Notes: generated by a model from the sequence alone, not told the origin. A stretch of 64,000 nt of DNA from Methanomicrobiales archaeon (GCA_037137755.1 JBAXJR010000003.1:1-64000), one strand, 5' to 3'. Counted from the first letter of the stretch, positions 1 through 10,939 are shown. A program made the numbers and translations.

Positions 1-755
1 CAACGAATCACTAAAAATAGCGATGGCTTTTTATGCGGAGATCCTAATTGGACAGACTCGATACAGGATCCTATTATATAATGCGCATACGACTCCCCTT
101 CATGGTAATTATAACGCAAGGGCTGATCTAAAATTAAATCTCATGAAGCCACCTTGGGTCACACCCAACCAGTGAACATATCAATGTCCAACTTTTAATC
201 CCGCAATATCGTTGGATTCACCTTGTACTATGATAAGGTCACTGCATTGTTTGTATGCTGGTGTTACAGGTATGAATCATGTCTGTTTTCAGATAGGTTA
301 TACGGTGTAGCGAAAAAGTTTCTGAAATAGTATACCAAATCTACTGTAATATTACCCGGCAACGGGGTTTCAGTTCTAAATGTATCCATTTTCTCCACCC
401 TGTTCATCCAAGTCGGGATACATGTAAACCGTGTTGCGTGGTCAACACCGGCATAGATGTGTGACCCGATCTCAAACGGTTTATCCATTTCCCAGGTCTG
501 TATTACGATCTCTGGGTCCTGTGCTTTCCCGATGCAATTCAACCATGGTATTTTCATTCCACCTAACCGAAACCGGCACTATAAGGAGATTTCCCGCGTA
601 TTTTTTAGTCTATCTGGTAAGACGTGCTGATACACTCTGAAATCTGCACTAATTTCAGCTCAATTGTGCGTGGTACTGCAATAAACGAATCTTTATTGCA
701 TGGGAGATAAATTTTTATTATGCCTCCAATTCCTGACCGGATCCGTTCTATTGGC

Positions 756-1247
756 ATGAACGCCAAAATAAGGATCATTTCAATTTGTATCCTTTTGGTA
801 CCGGTTTATTTTTTTACAATTGGTGATTTTTATGGAAGCGGCTTCCAGACCCCGATTTTCAGGTACCAGGAGATATTTCTTGGATCCTTTGTGGTTTTTA
901 TCAGCAACGATGTATACAATGTCATTACCGGTTTTTTCCGGGGGACGATGATCCCCGTAGTTATATTGTGGTGCCTGGGCTTCTTGTTCCTGGTAGTGAA
1001 TTGTATTGTGGTATTTGTTGGCAGGACAGAATTTAAAAGAATTTTGAGAACGAGTGGTATGTTAATACTTATTTCAGGATTTTGTTTCATGGCTTCAATT
1101 ATCGTCCGTTACGGCCCTCTTTTTCATAATTCCACCGGTCTTGCTATCCCACTCGGGTTGCCGCTCATTTTTCTTATCGGGATTTGGATGTACAGGTGGA
1201 AGGATGATGATGAAAATACCGTTACCAATAACCCGCCTGTACCTTGA
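756..1247 (+). CDS. Hypothetical integral membrane protein (about 4-5 TM segments)
   Basis: ORF 720..1247 has several hydrophobic stretches and an acidic tail. The second ATG (756, MNAKIRII) is the more likely start. Confidence 0.7.
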   Translation: MNAKIRIISICILLVPVYFFTIGDFYGSGFQTPIFRYQEIFLGSFVVFISNDVYNVITGFFRGTMIPVVILWCLGFLFLVVNCIVVFVGRTEFKRILRTSGMLILISGFCFMASIIVRYGPLFHNSTGLAIPLGLPLIFLIGIWMYRWKDDDENTVTNNPPVP

Positions 1248-1623
1248 TACGGGTTTTAAATAATCAAATCTGGTCTGTTGACCCCCCGGGAGGTCCATAT
1301 TGCGCCGGGAGAAACCGGTTTTTATCTCAAAATGGTGCATTCCACTAAATTTCAGGCCCTGCTGCGTGGATTAACCGCGAGCTATTATACCTGCTAATTT
1401 GTCCCGCTTATTGTTTCGTGGTTCGCATTTTGTCCCCGGGTCCTTTATAGGATGTAAAAGATTCCTCCTGCTATTTCAGGAAATGAATGACCAGGTACCT
1501 CATCACCCTCCGGTTAAGGTAGTACCATGGAATAATTTCGAGATGATACGATAATTTCTAGGAAGATATAAAATCCGATGAGGGCGTTCTATTGTATTAT
1601 ATACAGATACTCACAGGTGAACA

Positions 1624-2235
1624 ATGGAATTTACCCCGGTCCAGTTAGATGCCCTGCAGGAACTTGCAAACATCGGAGCTGCCCATTCCGCAACGACGCT
1701 TTCAATGATGTTGAACTGTCATGTCAACATGAATGTGCCAGAGATAGACATTGTAGATATCTCCAACATGGGGCAGTTACTCACCGATGAAATAACTACG
1801 CTTGTCGTCTTCGAACTCCAGGGTGAGATGCCCCACGGTGGATTCCTGGTCCTTCATTTTCCAGGGGATTCCGCTATGCGGACTGCAAATATTCTGATGG
1901 GGTCTCCGGATTCAGCCACTCCCGGGGAAATGGACCAGAGTGCCATTCTCGAGGTTGGCAACATCATGATCTCTTCTTTCCTGAGCGCAACATCAGACCT
2001 GCTTGGGATCATGATGCTCCCATCTCCCCCCGTCCTTGTAGTTGATATGACACATGCGGTGATTGAATCGCTGATCGCAGGCATGACAATTGAGGTTGAT
2101 GACGTGGTCTTATTCCGGATCAACCTTGGTTCCGAGGAGCATAAGATCGCTGCGAATATCCTGATATTTCTCGAGATATCCACCCTTCAGATGGTGGCGG
2201 ATATGCTGGAAGAGATGATAAAACCGGAACAATGA
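1624..2235 (+). CDS. cheC: Chemotaxis phosphatase CheC (orphan, no che cluster in window)
   Basis: Two CheC motifs, DALQELANIG and SAILEVGNI. GGTGA RBS just upstream. Confidence 0.9.
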   Translation: MEFTPVQLDALQELANIGAAHSATTLSMMLNCHVNMNVPEIDIVDISNMGQLLTDEITTLVVFELQGEMPHGGFLVLHFPGDSAMRTANILMGSPDSATPGEMDQSAILEVGNIMISSFLSATSDLLGIMMLPSPPVLVVDMTHAVIESLIAGMTIEVDDVVLFRINLGSEEHKIAANILIFLEISTLQMVADMLEEMIKPEQ

Positions 2236-2410
2236 CAGAAAAACCCAAACGTTATTATCCCCGGTTAATAATTTTTAAAAACTGTTTATAATTTGCTTTT
2301 TTAAACCTATTGAGTTTTGAGTAATTACCCGGTTGTCCCCGGATAGTGAGGTTATTTTTTTATATGGTTATTGGAGCGACAGCAGAGATAGCCATGAGAC
2401 GCCACCCTGG

Positions 2411-2854
2411 TTAAGACGGGTTTACGAGATTTATAAATCCTGATAATGTGGTATTCATCATATCACTGACATACTGCTCGGGCGCAACCGGGATCACCTC
2501 ACGATAGCTGACCCATCCTAAAACAGATAACGCGGCCATGATAACTGAAAGGGCAAGCAGGATAACAATGATGACCGCGAGCACCTGCTTTAAACGCTTA
2601 TAGGGCCTGTAAACTACCCCTTTCAACGGGGTTTCAGGGCCATACTCAAGACCGTCAAGAATTTCCTTGCATTTCCTTGCATCATCGATCCGTTCCATTT
2701 TTAACAGAGTTACATAAATATTATTCCAGGCGTCACGGAATTTCGGGTCGACTTCAACTGCTTTACCGTAATAATCGAGCGCTTTTTCATAATTACCTTC
2801 TTTGAAGTAATCATTTCCCTGGTTTTTATATTCAACCGCTTTATTCGTTTTCAT
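2411..2854 (-). CDS. TPR protein with C-terminal transmembrane helix
   Basis: AVEYKNQGNDYFKEGNYEKALDYYGKAVEVDP is a canonical TPR. Hydrophobic VLAVIIVILLALSVIMAAL near the C-terminus. Confidence 0.85.
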   Translation of the reverse strand: MKTNKAVEYKNQGNDYFKEGNYEKALDYYGKAVEVDPKFRDAWNNIYVTLLKMERIDDARKCKEILDGLEYGPETPLKGVVYRPYKRLKQVLAVIIVILLALSVIMAALSVLGWVSYREVIPVAPEQYVSDMMNTTLSGFINLVNPS

Positions 2855-3168
2855 AATCGGTGTACTGAATTTGAGCTAATGTCCTCATCTGTTAATAATT
2901 ATTTTGATCGCACTGTAATAGAAAACCGTTGATTGAAACAAAATAAAATGGAATGCTCCTGGCCAGGGGGCATAACTATTGGGGGCGTTCGATTAAATCG
3001 CCGGGCTTTCTTTCCGTTGTACCCCGAACGGTCGGGTGTACCTGATATCAGCACCCATAAATTGTTCCTTGGCGTCGTTTCGTCACCTGTTGACGGGCAT
3101 AAGGTTTCGGGCCTCCGGGTCTGGTAAAGAAGTATATATGCTATGAAACGAATCACTCCCAAAATACC

Positions 3169-4644
3169 ATGAATAAACATACTATTGATATGCAAGCCAT
3201 CGCACGGGGCGCAATGGATAAGTATGGTTTTGATTCCCGGTTTCCCCAGTCAGTACAGGAGGAGGTTAATGCCATACAGGGACGGATTTTTGCGGAAGGT
3301 GACCTGGACGGGCGTGACCTGCGTGACCTTTTGTGGTCATCTATTGACAACTGGGACTCAATGGACCTTGACCAGCTGGAATATTGCGAAGGTGGGTCTG
3401 ACGGAGAGATACATGTCAGGATCGCGATAGCCGATGTAGACCTGTATGTCCCGAAACATTCGCAGGCTGACCAGTATGGAGCCCATAATGGTACCTCGGT
3501 ATACACGGGGATCGAGATCTTCCCGTTGTTCCCTGACAAATTATCACGGGGTATCACATCATTATTGCCTGACCAGGACCGGATGGCGGTTGTGATTGAA
3601 TATTCAGTACTTCCCGACGGGAATTTCAGGCCTGGTGATATTCACCGGGGACTTGTCCGGAATAAGGCAAAACTCGTCTACGAGGTGATAGGGGACTGGC
3701 TTGAGGGTGAGGCCCCGGTTCCACAGGCGGTCCGGGATGTCCCTGGGTTAGAAGAGCAGATCAGGCTGCAGAAAGAAGCAATGCAGCGCCTGAAAAAGCA
3801 CCGTATAGAAAATGGAGCACTCGATTTAGACACCCTGGAGGCGCATGCTGTTCTGGAAGAAGGTTCGGTAAAGGACCTTGTCATTCAGAAGCAGAATATG
3901 GCCCGGAACCTGATCGAGGAGTTCATGGTCGCCGCGAATGGGACCATGGTTTCATTCCTTGGAAACGCGGATCTTCCCATGATCCAGAGGATTGTACGTA
4001 TCCCTAAGAACTGGGAAGGGATCGTCCAGGTGGCTGCGTTGTACCATGATATGTTACCCGCTACTCCTGATTCGAAGGCCCTCTCCCTGTTCCTCGACCG
4101 GCGTAAAAAAATAGACCCTGAACGGTTTCCGGACCTCTCCCTGGCAGTCATTAAACTCCTTGGTCCCGGTGAATATGTGACCCTTGAACCAGGCCAGCCG
4201 CCATACGGTCACTTCGCACTAGCGGTAACCGATTATACCCATGCGACCGCCCCGAACCGCCGGTATGTTGACCTGGTCAACCAGCGTCTTGTAAAATCCG
4301 TCATCAACCGGTCAGCCAACCCCTATACCCCTGAAGAACTTGTCAGCCAGTCTGCATGGCTGACTGACCGAGAGAAGGCGTCAAAGAAAGTTGAACGGTT
4401 TATGCGAAAGGCTGCAGCGGCAGTGCTGCTGAAGGACCGTATCGGGGAGTCCTTCGAGGGATTAATTACCGGTGCAAAAGACCACGGTACGTATGTCCGC
4501 CTGATCGCACCTCCTGCTGAAGGGCGGATTGTCCGTGGCGAGCGGGGACTGTTCGTTGGCCAGAAAGTCCGTGTCCGCCTGGTAAAGACTGATCCCTTCA
4601 ATGGATTCGTTGACTTTGAATACAGTGGGGGTGCGAAAAAATAA
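3169..4644 (+). CDS. RNB-domain exoribonuclease (RNase II/R family) with C-terminal S1 domain
   Basis: Motifs SIDNWDSMDLDQ, IAIADV, LIEEFMVAAN and YTHATAPNRRYVDL, then an S1-like C-terminus. Confidence 0.92.
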   Translation: MNKHTIDMQAIARGAMDKYGFDSRFPQSVQEEVNAIQGRIFAEGDLDGRDLRDLLWSSIDNWDSMDLDQLEYCEGGSDGEIHVRIAIADVDLYVPKHSQADQYGAHNGTSVYTGIEIFPLFPDKLSRGITSLLPDQDRMAVVIEYSVLPDGNFRPGDIHRGLVRNKAKLVYEVIGDWLEGEAPVPQAVRDVPGLEEQIRLQKEAMQRLKKHRIENGALDLDTLEAHAVLEEGSVKDLVIQKQNMARNLIEEFMVAANGTMVSFLGNADLPMIQRIVRIPKNWEGIVQVAALYHDMLPATPDSKALSLFLDRRKKIDPERFPDLSLAVIKLLGPGEYVTLEPGQPPYGHFALAVTDYTHATAPNRRYVDLVNQRLVKSVINRSANPYTPEELVSQSAWLTDREKASKKVERFMRKAAAAVLLKDRIGESFEGLITGAKDHGTYVRLIAPPAEGRIVRGERGLFVGQKVRVRLVKTDPFNGFVDFEYSGGAKK

Positions 4645-4820
4645 CCGTGGAGGACCGGCATTTTCTCTCAATTTCCCCTTCATGTAATACCTGCCCTTAA
4701 CAATTTGCTGGTAAAGGAAATGTGATCTCCTGTGTTGTTCACCAGGCGTGGTACTAGTCTGGAGTTATCCCGGGATAACAGGAAGAATTTTGACCAAATC
4801 ACGTAAATTCTGAAATCCAA

Positions 4821-5393
4821 ATGATAATCCCCGTAGACTTCAAAGATTATTATTACCCCATCCTTCTCCTGGCAGGGATTCTCCTGTTTCTCTGCATTTT
4901 CCGGATCCGGCATATGTTGCTGGACATTCACAGGGGCCGCCGTGGGTTACAGCAGTTTCTTACCTGTCACGGAAAAGAGCGGTGGGGTCCCCCGGTAAGA
5001 GTGAAGGAATGGCGGCGCAACGCTATCCGTCATTTAATTGCGCAACGGGAGACCCTTGACAATGATATCTGGCAAATAAAAAACCGACGGAATAACCTTG
5101 CAGAAATGGAGCGTGAGGAGCGAAGAAAGTTGTCCGAACTCAACAGAGCACGGAAAAACGCGAAAATGGCAGGGAATACTGATCAATCCCTTTTTATAGG
5201 GTTCGAAATCTCCCGGAACAACGCAAAAACAGAGGATTTGAATAAAAGAATACTGGATAAAGAGGTTACAATACATTCGATGGAACAGGCATTGAAACAT
5301 GCAGATGGTTGTCTTACATCATACATGAAGGAGGAAAATCCCCGGTTGCCAGTTATGAGGTATATCCGGGGATTGTTTTTTGATTTACGGTGA
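4821..5393 (+). CDS. Hypothetical protein, N-terminal TM anchor plus coiled coil
   Basis: 190-aa ORF with PILLLAGILLFLCIF followed by charged heptad-like segments. Confidence 0.6.
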   Translation: MIIPVDFKDYYYPILLLAGILLFLCIFRIRHMLLDIHRGRRGLQQFLTCHGKERWGPPVRVKEWRRNAIRHLIAQRETLDNDIWQIKNRRNNLAEMEREERRKLSELNRARKNAKMAGNTDQSLFIGFEISRNNAKTEDLNKRILDKEVTIHSMEQALKHADGCLTSYMKEENPRLPVMRYIRGLFFDLR

Positions 5394-5463
5394 TATCACG
5401 CTGACCTTACATTCGTTCCCTGGTCCGTTTTGCCAGGTAACCTGGCATATAACCGGACACTAC

Positions 5464-5694
5464 CTATATACTTGCTGATGGTCCTGTTTTTCCTTGGTAT
5501 ATCGTCTGGCGTGCATCCCTGAAGTTGAATTTTTCAATGATAAGATGTGCTTCTTTTAATTTTCTTATTGCGTACCTGACCGTTCTTGGAGAGATGTTTG
5601 TCATCTTTACGATGTCCTTGTGAGTCATCGGGTCTCCCTTCTCAAGGAGGGATAGCACGGTCATTGATGATGGGGGTAGATGTATTTCTGGCAT
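5464..5694 (-). CDS. Small winged-helix transcriptional regulator
   Basis: MTHKDIVKMTNISPRTVRYAIRKLKEAHLI fits an HTH pattern. Confidence 0.85.
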   Translation of the reverse strand: MPEIHLPPSSMTVLSLLEKGDPMTHKDIVKMTNISPRTVRYAIRKLKEAHLIIEKFNFRDARQTIYQGKTGPSASI

Positions 5695-5841
5695 TCATAG
5701 AGGTTAACAGCGTTAACACTTAAGGTTGTCGATAGTTCCGATCCATTATCAAGGGCATCAGTGTGATACGGGGCAAATGGTGTCAATGATTCAGGGCTTA
5801 AGATCCCGTTTTCCGGCTATTAAACCAATAATAATGGGACC

Positions 5842-6399
5842 TCACAATTTTGCCATGATAAGGTAATGGTATGGCCCGGCCTCAACTGCCGAAACTATTC
5901 GAAAACCCGCAGACTCTATCAGGTTCATTGCTTTTTCTTTTGAAAACCGCTTTTCAAGAGGTGGACCAAATTCCATGGGTTGGTCTTTCCAGTCCAGGTC
6001 CACCAGTATCCCTCCTGGTTTCAGCATGATCCTTGCATTCTGAAGAACTTTTCCCGGGTCCTCGAAGTCGTGGAGATCAATGCCGAAAAAGACCATGTCT
6101 GCACATCCTTCAAATAGAACCGTGTCTTCCCCTGTGCATGTCGTGGCTACTAGATGGTCCAGATGTTCCTCCCTGGCCTGGATTGCCAGTTGGCTGACGG
6201 CTTCCTCGTTGATATCATAGGCATATACATGTCCTGAGGATCCGACGATATATGCAGCAGGGATAGAAAAAAAGCCCTCCCCGCATCCTATATCGATAAA
6301 TGTCATCCCTGCCCTTAGCCCTGCACCTGAAAGAATTACTTCCGGGTTCTGCCACTGCAGTCTTTCAGGGTCACTTGATTGAAAGCGACGTTTACTCAT
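5842..6399 (-). CDS. Class I SAM-dependent methyltransferase
   Basis: Motif I FIDIGCGEGFF, VYAYDI and LKPGG. The internal ATG (MSKRRF) is the likely start. Confidence 0.9.
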   Translation of the reverse strand: MSKRRFQSSDPERLQWQNPEVILSGAGLRAGMTFIDIGCGEGFFSIPAAYIVGSSGHVYAYDINEEAVSQLAIQAREEHLDHLVATTCTGEDTVLFEGCADMVFFGIDLHDFEDPGKVLQNARIMLKPGGILVDLDWKDQPMEFGPPLEKRFSKEKAMNLIESAGFRIVSAVEAGPYHYLIMAKL

Positions 6400-6606
6400 T
6401 GATACATCCCTGGTTGCAGGGTACGTCAGCATAAGGATTTATCAAATTATGCAGTTGACCCGTTCCAACACGCTTTTTCATGCATACCTGGTGCAGAAAT
6501 CCACTACCCTGGTTGTAACGGTACCACCATCCAGAATAACACAATATTGTCAAAAAGAATTCGTGGACTGTGATTGCAGATACCTTCATGTATCTTGAAT
6601 GCACGA

Positions 6607-6813
6607 ATGGCAACTATGTACGATATCGAGAGCACCAAGAAAATGGAAAACGGGATTGTAGTTTTCTACCAGCAGAAAGGTGAGAAAAAATATGAATCAT
6701 TCAACTACCAGGAACTAATAGACCTGAAAATCAATGCCCTTGACCTCCTGGATCACCCGTATCGATACAGCGTTGATATCGAAGTACACAAAGTATACGC
6801 AAAGGATGATTAA
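6607..6813 (+). CDS. Small hypothetical protein
   Basis: ATG-started 68-aa frame (MATMYDIESTKK...LIDLKINALDLL) with protein-like composition, followed by T-rich sequence. Confidence 0.6.
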   Translation: MATMYDIESTKKMENGIVVFYQQKGEKKYESFNYQELIDLKINALDLLDHPYRYSVDIEVHKVYAKDD

Positions 6814-7009
6814 ACAACCCGAAAAAATTTCATTCCCCCTTTTTCACGGGTCTACCTGGTATCGAATCAAAAAGTGAGGTTGTTTTTTAACCTGTCCGGG
6901 AATTTTTTTTTACGTGTAATTGGACCTGGCCCAGGTCTTTTTTCCCGGCTAAAAATTCCTGCGGGTTTTATACCCCCTGTATCCGGTAATAATGAACGCC
7001 CTTGATCAC

Positions 7010-7753
7010 CTATATTTCAATAATGAGGTCATCGCTGGCAACGATAAGGCCCGGGAAAGATGGATCAAATTGTTTCTTCACCCTTGCCCGGTCATCGGGA
7101 GTCTTGTAGACTTCAGCACCGAAATGCATCAGTGCAAGCTTTCTGGCATGCGATTCTTTTGCAATCCTGATCGCGGTTTCAGGGTTAAGGTGAGGCCAGT
7201 CAGGGCTTTGCTCTCCAGGCAACAACCCGCATTCCGTAATAAGCAGGTCCGCATCCTGCGCGAGAAGGACCGCATTCTTACAGAAACCTGTGTCCGTGCA
7301 ATATGTGATAACCCTGTTATCAATAACCAGCCGGAAACCGAAGCAGGGCACGGGGTGCAGGAGTAACCGGCATTCTATGGGAAAAGGATTATTATGCCTG
7401 CCTTCTCCGAATTCAAGAAAATTGACCTCGTAAGGTAATTTCGCAAATGGCACTGTAAAAGGCTCTCTGACGAGGGAGCTGAGTACCTCTTCTGTACCTG
7501 GTTGTCCGCAGATATTCAGTCCTTTCTGAAATGTAAATTTGACAAGCGTGTGAAGGCCCGTGATGTGGTCCAGGTGGAAATGGCTGACAAACAGGTAAAC
7601 GGGTTTTTCCTGGGTAATATAGCGATCTGCCTTGGCGATACCGTTACCGGCATCAAGGATAACATCGAATTTTTCAGACTGTATAAGCACCGAACAGGTA
7701 TTTCCTGTAACGGTATCATACCAGCCATTGGTTCCCAGAAAGGTCACGTTCAT
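7010..7753 (-). CDS. MBL-fold metallo-hydrolase, RNase Z-like
   Basis: FLGTNG, ILDAGNG, SHFHLDH (HxHxDH), YCTDT, LLITEC and LMHF. Confidence 0.9.
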   Translation of the reverse strand: MNVTFLGTNGWYDTVTGNTCSVLIQSEKFDVILDAGNGIAKADRYITQEKPVYLFVSHFHLDHITGLHTLVKFTFQKGLNICGQPGTEEVLSSLVREPFTVPFAKLPYEVNFLEFGEGRHNNPFPIECRLLLHPVPCFGFRLVIDNRVITYCTDTGFCKNAVLLAQDADLLITECGLLPGEQSPDWPHLNPETAIRIAKESHARKLALMHFGAEVYKTPDDRARVKKQFDPSFPGLIVASDDLIIEI

Positions 7754-7967
7754 CTAATCCTATCGTGTGGCGGGCATGGCAAAAAAGATTGAGATAGATG
7801 GATAGTGGATTATTACGCAACCTGAAGATTGATTCATTCAAAGATGGTAATACCGGAAGGGAGGATAATACATCACTTAGGATGAGAACGAATTAAAAGG
7901 CGTTATTCGCGCCAGCGAACCGTTCCGCAGAAGGTACCCTGGAAAAACCGGGTATGAAATTAATAGG

Positions 7968-8798
7968 TTATCCTGGCCGGCGGCCTATAATAAAGCCGGC
8001 GATAATTACTCCGGAAAAGACAATCCCCACTGGGAACGCAGCTTTGGTAGGTTGAGTCTGCATAACCGGGACAGCACACCTGATCTCTGTTTTTTCGAGG
8101 TCAACTGTAGCATTTGATAATCCCTGCCATGGAAGGTCATAACCAGGGTTGATTCTGATTGAATGCTGGTAGGCATCAATCGCTCCGGTACAGTTGCCCA
8201 TGTCAGCGAGGATTCCACCTTGTATATGGAGGTAATGTGCGTTATCCGGTTCAATAGCAAGTGCTTTATCAATTGTCGTAGCTGCTGCAATGAGATTCCC
8301 TGAGTTCCGGAGTGCATAGGCTTTCAGGGCATACGCCGTCGGGTACGAAGCGTTCAGCGTCAGGGCGGAGTTTGCATCAAGTATCGCGTCCTGGTTTTTC
8401 CCCATTGCCAGCAGGGCATAACCCCTGTTCACATACCTGACAGGCCGGGTATCATTCGGAATAGCCAGGGTGACCAAATCCACTGACTCCTGGTAATGTC
8501 CGGTTTTCCTCAGTGCATATGCCTGGAGACAGAGCAGTTCCGGTTCGTATGGATAGTTAGCGAGACCTTCATTGGTACTGGTAATGACGCCACTCCAGTT
8601 CCTTTCTGCCATCAGGGCCTTTCCCAGGTTTTCGTACCCTGTCGCATTCATTATCACGGGGACTTCTTTTGCGTTATCTGTGCTGGAATTCGCCAACCCG
8701 GTGACGGGAATGCAGAGAGATAGTATAAGAAGAAGTATTATGAAAGGAATTTTTGCATAGTTTGAGAAAAAGCAATTCTTTGTCCGACCGGGCGCCAT
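7968..8798 (-). CDS. Secreted/anchored TPR protein with C-terminal TM and basic tail
   Basis: Signal peptide (IPFIILLLILSLCIPVTGLA), multiple TPRs, and C-terminal TQPTKAAFP-hydrophobic helix-RR. Start uncertain (8798 or 8873). Confidence 0.8.
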   Translation of the reverse strand: MAPGRTKNCFFSNYAKIPFIILLLILSLCIPVTGLANSSTDNAKEVPVIMNATGYENLGKALMAERNWSGVITSTNEGLANYPYEPELLCLQAYALRKTGHYQESVDLVTLAIPNDTRPVRYVNRGYALLAMGKNQDAILDANSALTLNASYPTAYALKAYALRNSGNLIAAATTIDKALAIEPDNAHYLHIQGGILADMGNCTGAIDAYQHSIRINPGYDLPWQGLSNATVDLEKTEIRCAVPVMQTQPTKAAFPVGIVFSGVIIAGFIIGRRPG

Positions 8799-8923
8799 AG
8801 CATAGTATTGGATAACAGGGGTACTAATAGGTTTATTATCCGGAGTACCAGGCCAATGAATTGCAGGATTCATGCGGTATTTCCGGGAATTACCTGATAA
8901 ACGGTAATTATGACCTGATGATC

Positions 8924-10363
8924 TTATGTTGCGAGGGAATACATTGCCCGGGCATAAATTTTGGCAATCGTAATGAGTTCGTCACACCCGATTGATTCAT
9001 CAGCGGCGTGTATGTTATTGGTCTTCCCTGGGAAATACGGCCCGAATGCAACCATACCAGGTACCTTACGTGCATAGGTGCCACCTCCTATCGCGACAGG
9101 CTCCCCGGGATCACCTGTCATATCATGGTAGATTGTTGATAGTGTACTGATGAGATCCGATCCAGGTGGATAATAGAGTGGTGGCTGATGTTTCCTTATA
9201 CTGGTCAGGATTTCCTGGTCTTTCAGGCTCTTCTGGATATGCTCCATAACGTTGTCGAATGTATCAGTCACCGGGTACCTGATATCGACGGATAGTGTGA
9301 AATTTCTGCCCCCGTAGCGTATCACACCGGCATTCAGGGTGAGATGTCCTGATGGTTGGTCCGCCATGTCAAGGCCGAATAATACACCCGAGGTTTCCAT
9401 CCCGATTCTTTCCTCGAGGAACCTTACCATCCTGCTTGCTTCGGGAGGGTCTAGCTGCAGAGTTGACAGGAAAGAAACAACCTGCATGATTGCATTTTTT
9501 CCAAGCTGAGGTTTGGATCCATGGGCTGAGACCCCCGCTGACCTGATGATTATAAGGTCTCCATTTGCTTCTGCTGCAATCATAAACCCTGATACCTGCG
9601 AAAATTCTTTACATTTCCTGATGATTTCAAGAGGGTTACGGGTCCGTATCTCTGCTGCAGCCCTGTCCGGTACCATGTTGACTGCTTCACCGCCATTGAA
9701 CGAAACGAGGAAGTCCTTACTTGAATTTCTGCAATCAAAAGAGATCTTTCTGGTGAAATTGACCTGGAGAATACCCATCTCTGCAAATACTACCGGGAAA
9801 TCTGAATCAGGAGTAAAACCGCAGACCGGAGGTTTTTCCCTTGACAGGTACTGTGTGATATCCAGATCCCCTGTCTCTTCGTCCGTTCCAAAAATTACCC
9901 TGATACGCCTGGTGAGTGGCACACCACTATCCCGAATCGCTTTAAGGCTGTATAAGGCTGATAGAATGGGCCCTTTATCATCAAGGACTCCCCGGCCATA
10001 TATCCTGTTTTCATGAACCGTGGCACTAAATGGTGGGAACGTCCAGTGATCCCCCTCGGGAACTGTATCGAGGTGCCCGAGGACAGCTATGTAGTCCTCT
10101 CCCTCCCCATATTCCACAAATCCGATATAATTATCGAGATTTTCTGAAAAAAATTTCATAGAACGGGCGATTTCAAGGGTTGCCTGGAGGGCCGAAGCCG
10201 GACCCTGCCCACATGGTTTCCCTGGTTCCGGGTCTCCTGCGACACTTCGTATTTTTGTGATGCTCCGGACTGATTCTGTAAGTTGTTGACTGTCCTGTTC
10301 GATCAACCTGTCGAATACCGAATATATGTTACTCTTTTTTAAAGACATTGCCAGCACCAGCAT
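8924..10363 (-). CDS. pepV: M20 family dipeptidase, PepV/Sapep-like
   Basis: GHLDTVP, GRGVLDDKGP, GTDEET, GFTPDSDFP, SAHGS, GGGTYAR and HAADE. Start may be 10348. Confidence 0.88.
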   Translation of the reverse strand: MLVLAMSLKKSNIYSVFDRLIEQDSQQLTESVRSITKIRSVAGDPEPGKPCGQGPASALQATLEIARSMKFFSENLDNYIGFVEYGEGEDYIAVLGHLDTVPEGDHWTFPPFSATVHENRIYGRGVLDDKGPILSALYSLKAIRDSGVPLTRRIRVIFGTDEETGDLDITQYLSREKPPVCGFTPDSDFPVVFAEMGILQVNFTRKISFDCRNSSKDFLVSFNGGEAVNMVPDRAAAEIRTRNPLEIIRKCKEFSQVSGFMIAAEANGDLIIIRSAGVSAHGSKPQLGKNAIMQVVSFLSTLQLDPPEASRMVRFLEERIGMETSGVLFGLDMADQPSGHLTLNAGVIRYGGRNFTLSVDIRYPVTDTFDNVMEHIQKSLKDQEILTSIRKHQPPLYYPPGSDLISTLSTIYHDMTGDPGEPVAIGGGTYARKVPGMVAFGPYFPGKTNNIHAADESIGCDELITIAKIYARAMYSLAT

Positions 10364-10897
10364 TCAAAATTCTAAAAAACCATAACGTTCACGTGTTGAA
10401 CGACAGGGGGATACGTTATTCCACTCCTTTCTGTTCCTCATAGTAACCATATATAGTTACTGAAACTGGTGAATATCCAACGCTATTTGGCTTTATTCAT
10501 CTGTTCAACATCATATATCCGATATTTGGCGCCCGGAAAAATATTCCTGTCTGCCCAGGTATCGTTCCTGAAATCCTGTCCGGTTACCGGTACATTGTTT
10601 TGCGTACGATAACCCTCAATGAGCGCATGAAATGTTAGATCATACCTGCATGGCGTTATATCGGTACAGATCCGGTTGAGGTATGGTGTTTTAGAAAAAA
10701 TCAAATCCTTAAATTTATGGCTGGATAGTATAACGAAGTTATTAATGAGGTTAATTATTGCATTCTATTTAAGGCAGCGGGCACCTGACAACAGGTACGA
10801 CCATAATGTATTTACCTCATGAAGTGATTGATGAACCTGATTACTAACCGTCCCGATCGGCGTTTGACCCCTTAAAATACGGTAAAACGCCGATATA

Positions 10898-10932
10898 TTT
10901 ATATACTTAATATTATATTTACTATTTGAGGT
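10898..10932 (+). promoter_or_regulatory. TATA box (TTTATATA) and GAGGT ribosome-binding site of histone gene
   Basis: TTTATATA at 10898-10905 and GAGGT at 10928-10932, upstream of ATG 10940. Confidence 0.65.
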
Positions 10933-10939
10933 ATTTACA

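Noticed and set aside
1-557. ORF 264..557 (-) and possible continuation to the window edge
   Set aside because: No recognisable motif and the downstream frames contain multiple stops. It may be a remnant but I cannot support a call.
6923-6943. GACCTGG-C-CCAGGTC hairpin followed by a T-run
   Set aside because: The stem is short with a 1-nt loop, and archaeal termination usually needs only T-tracts. Not enough for a terminator call.
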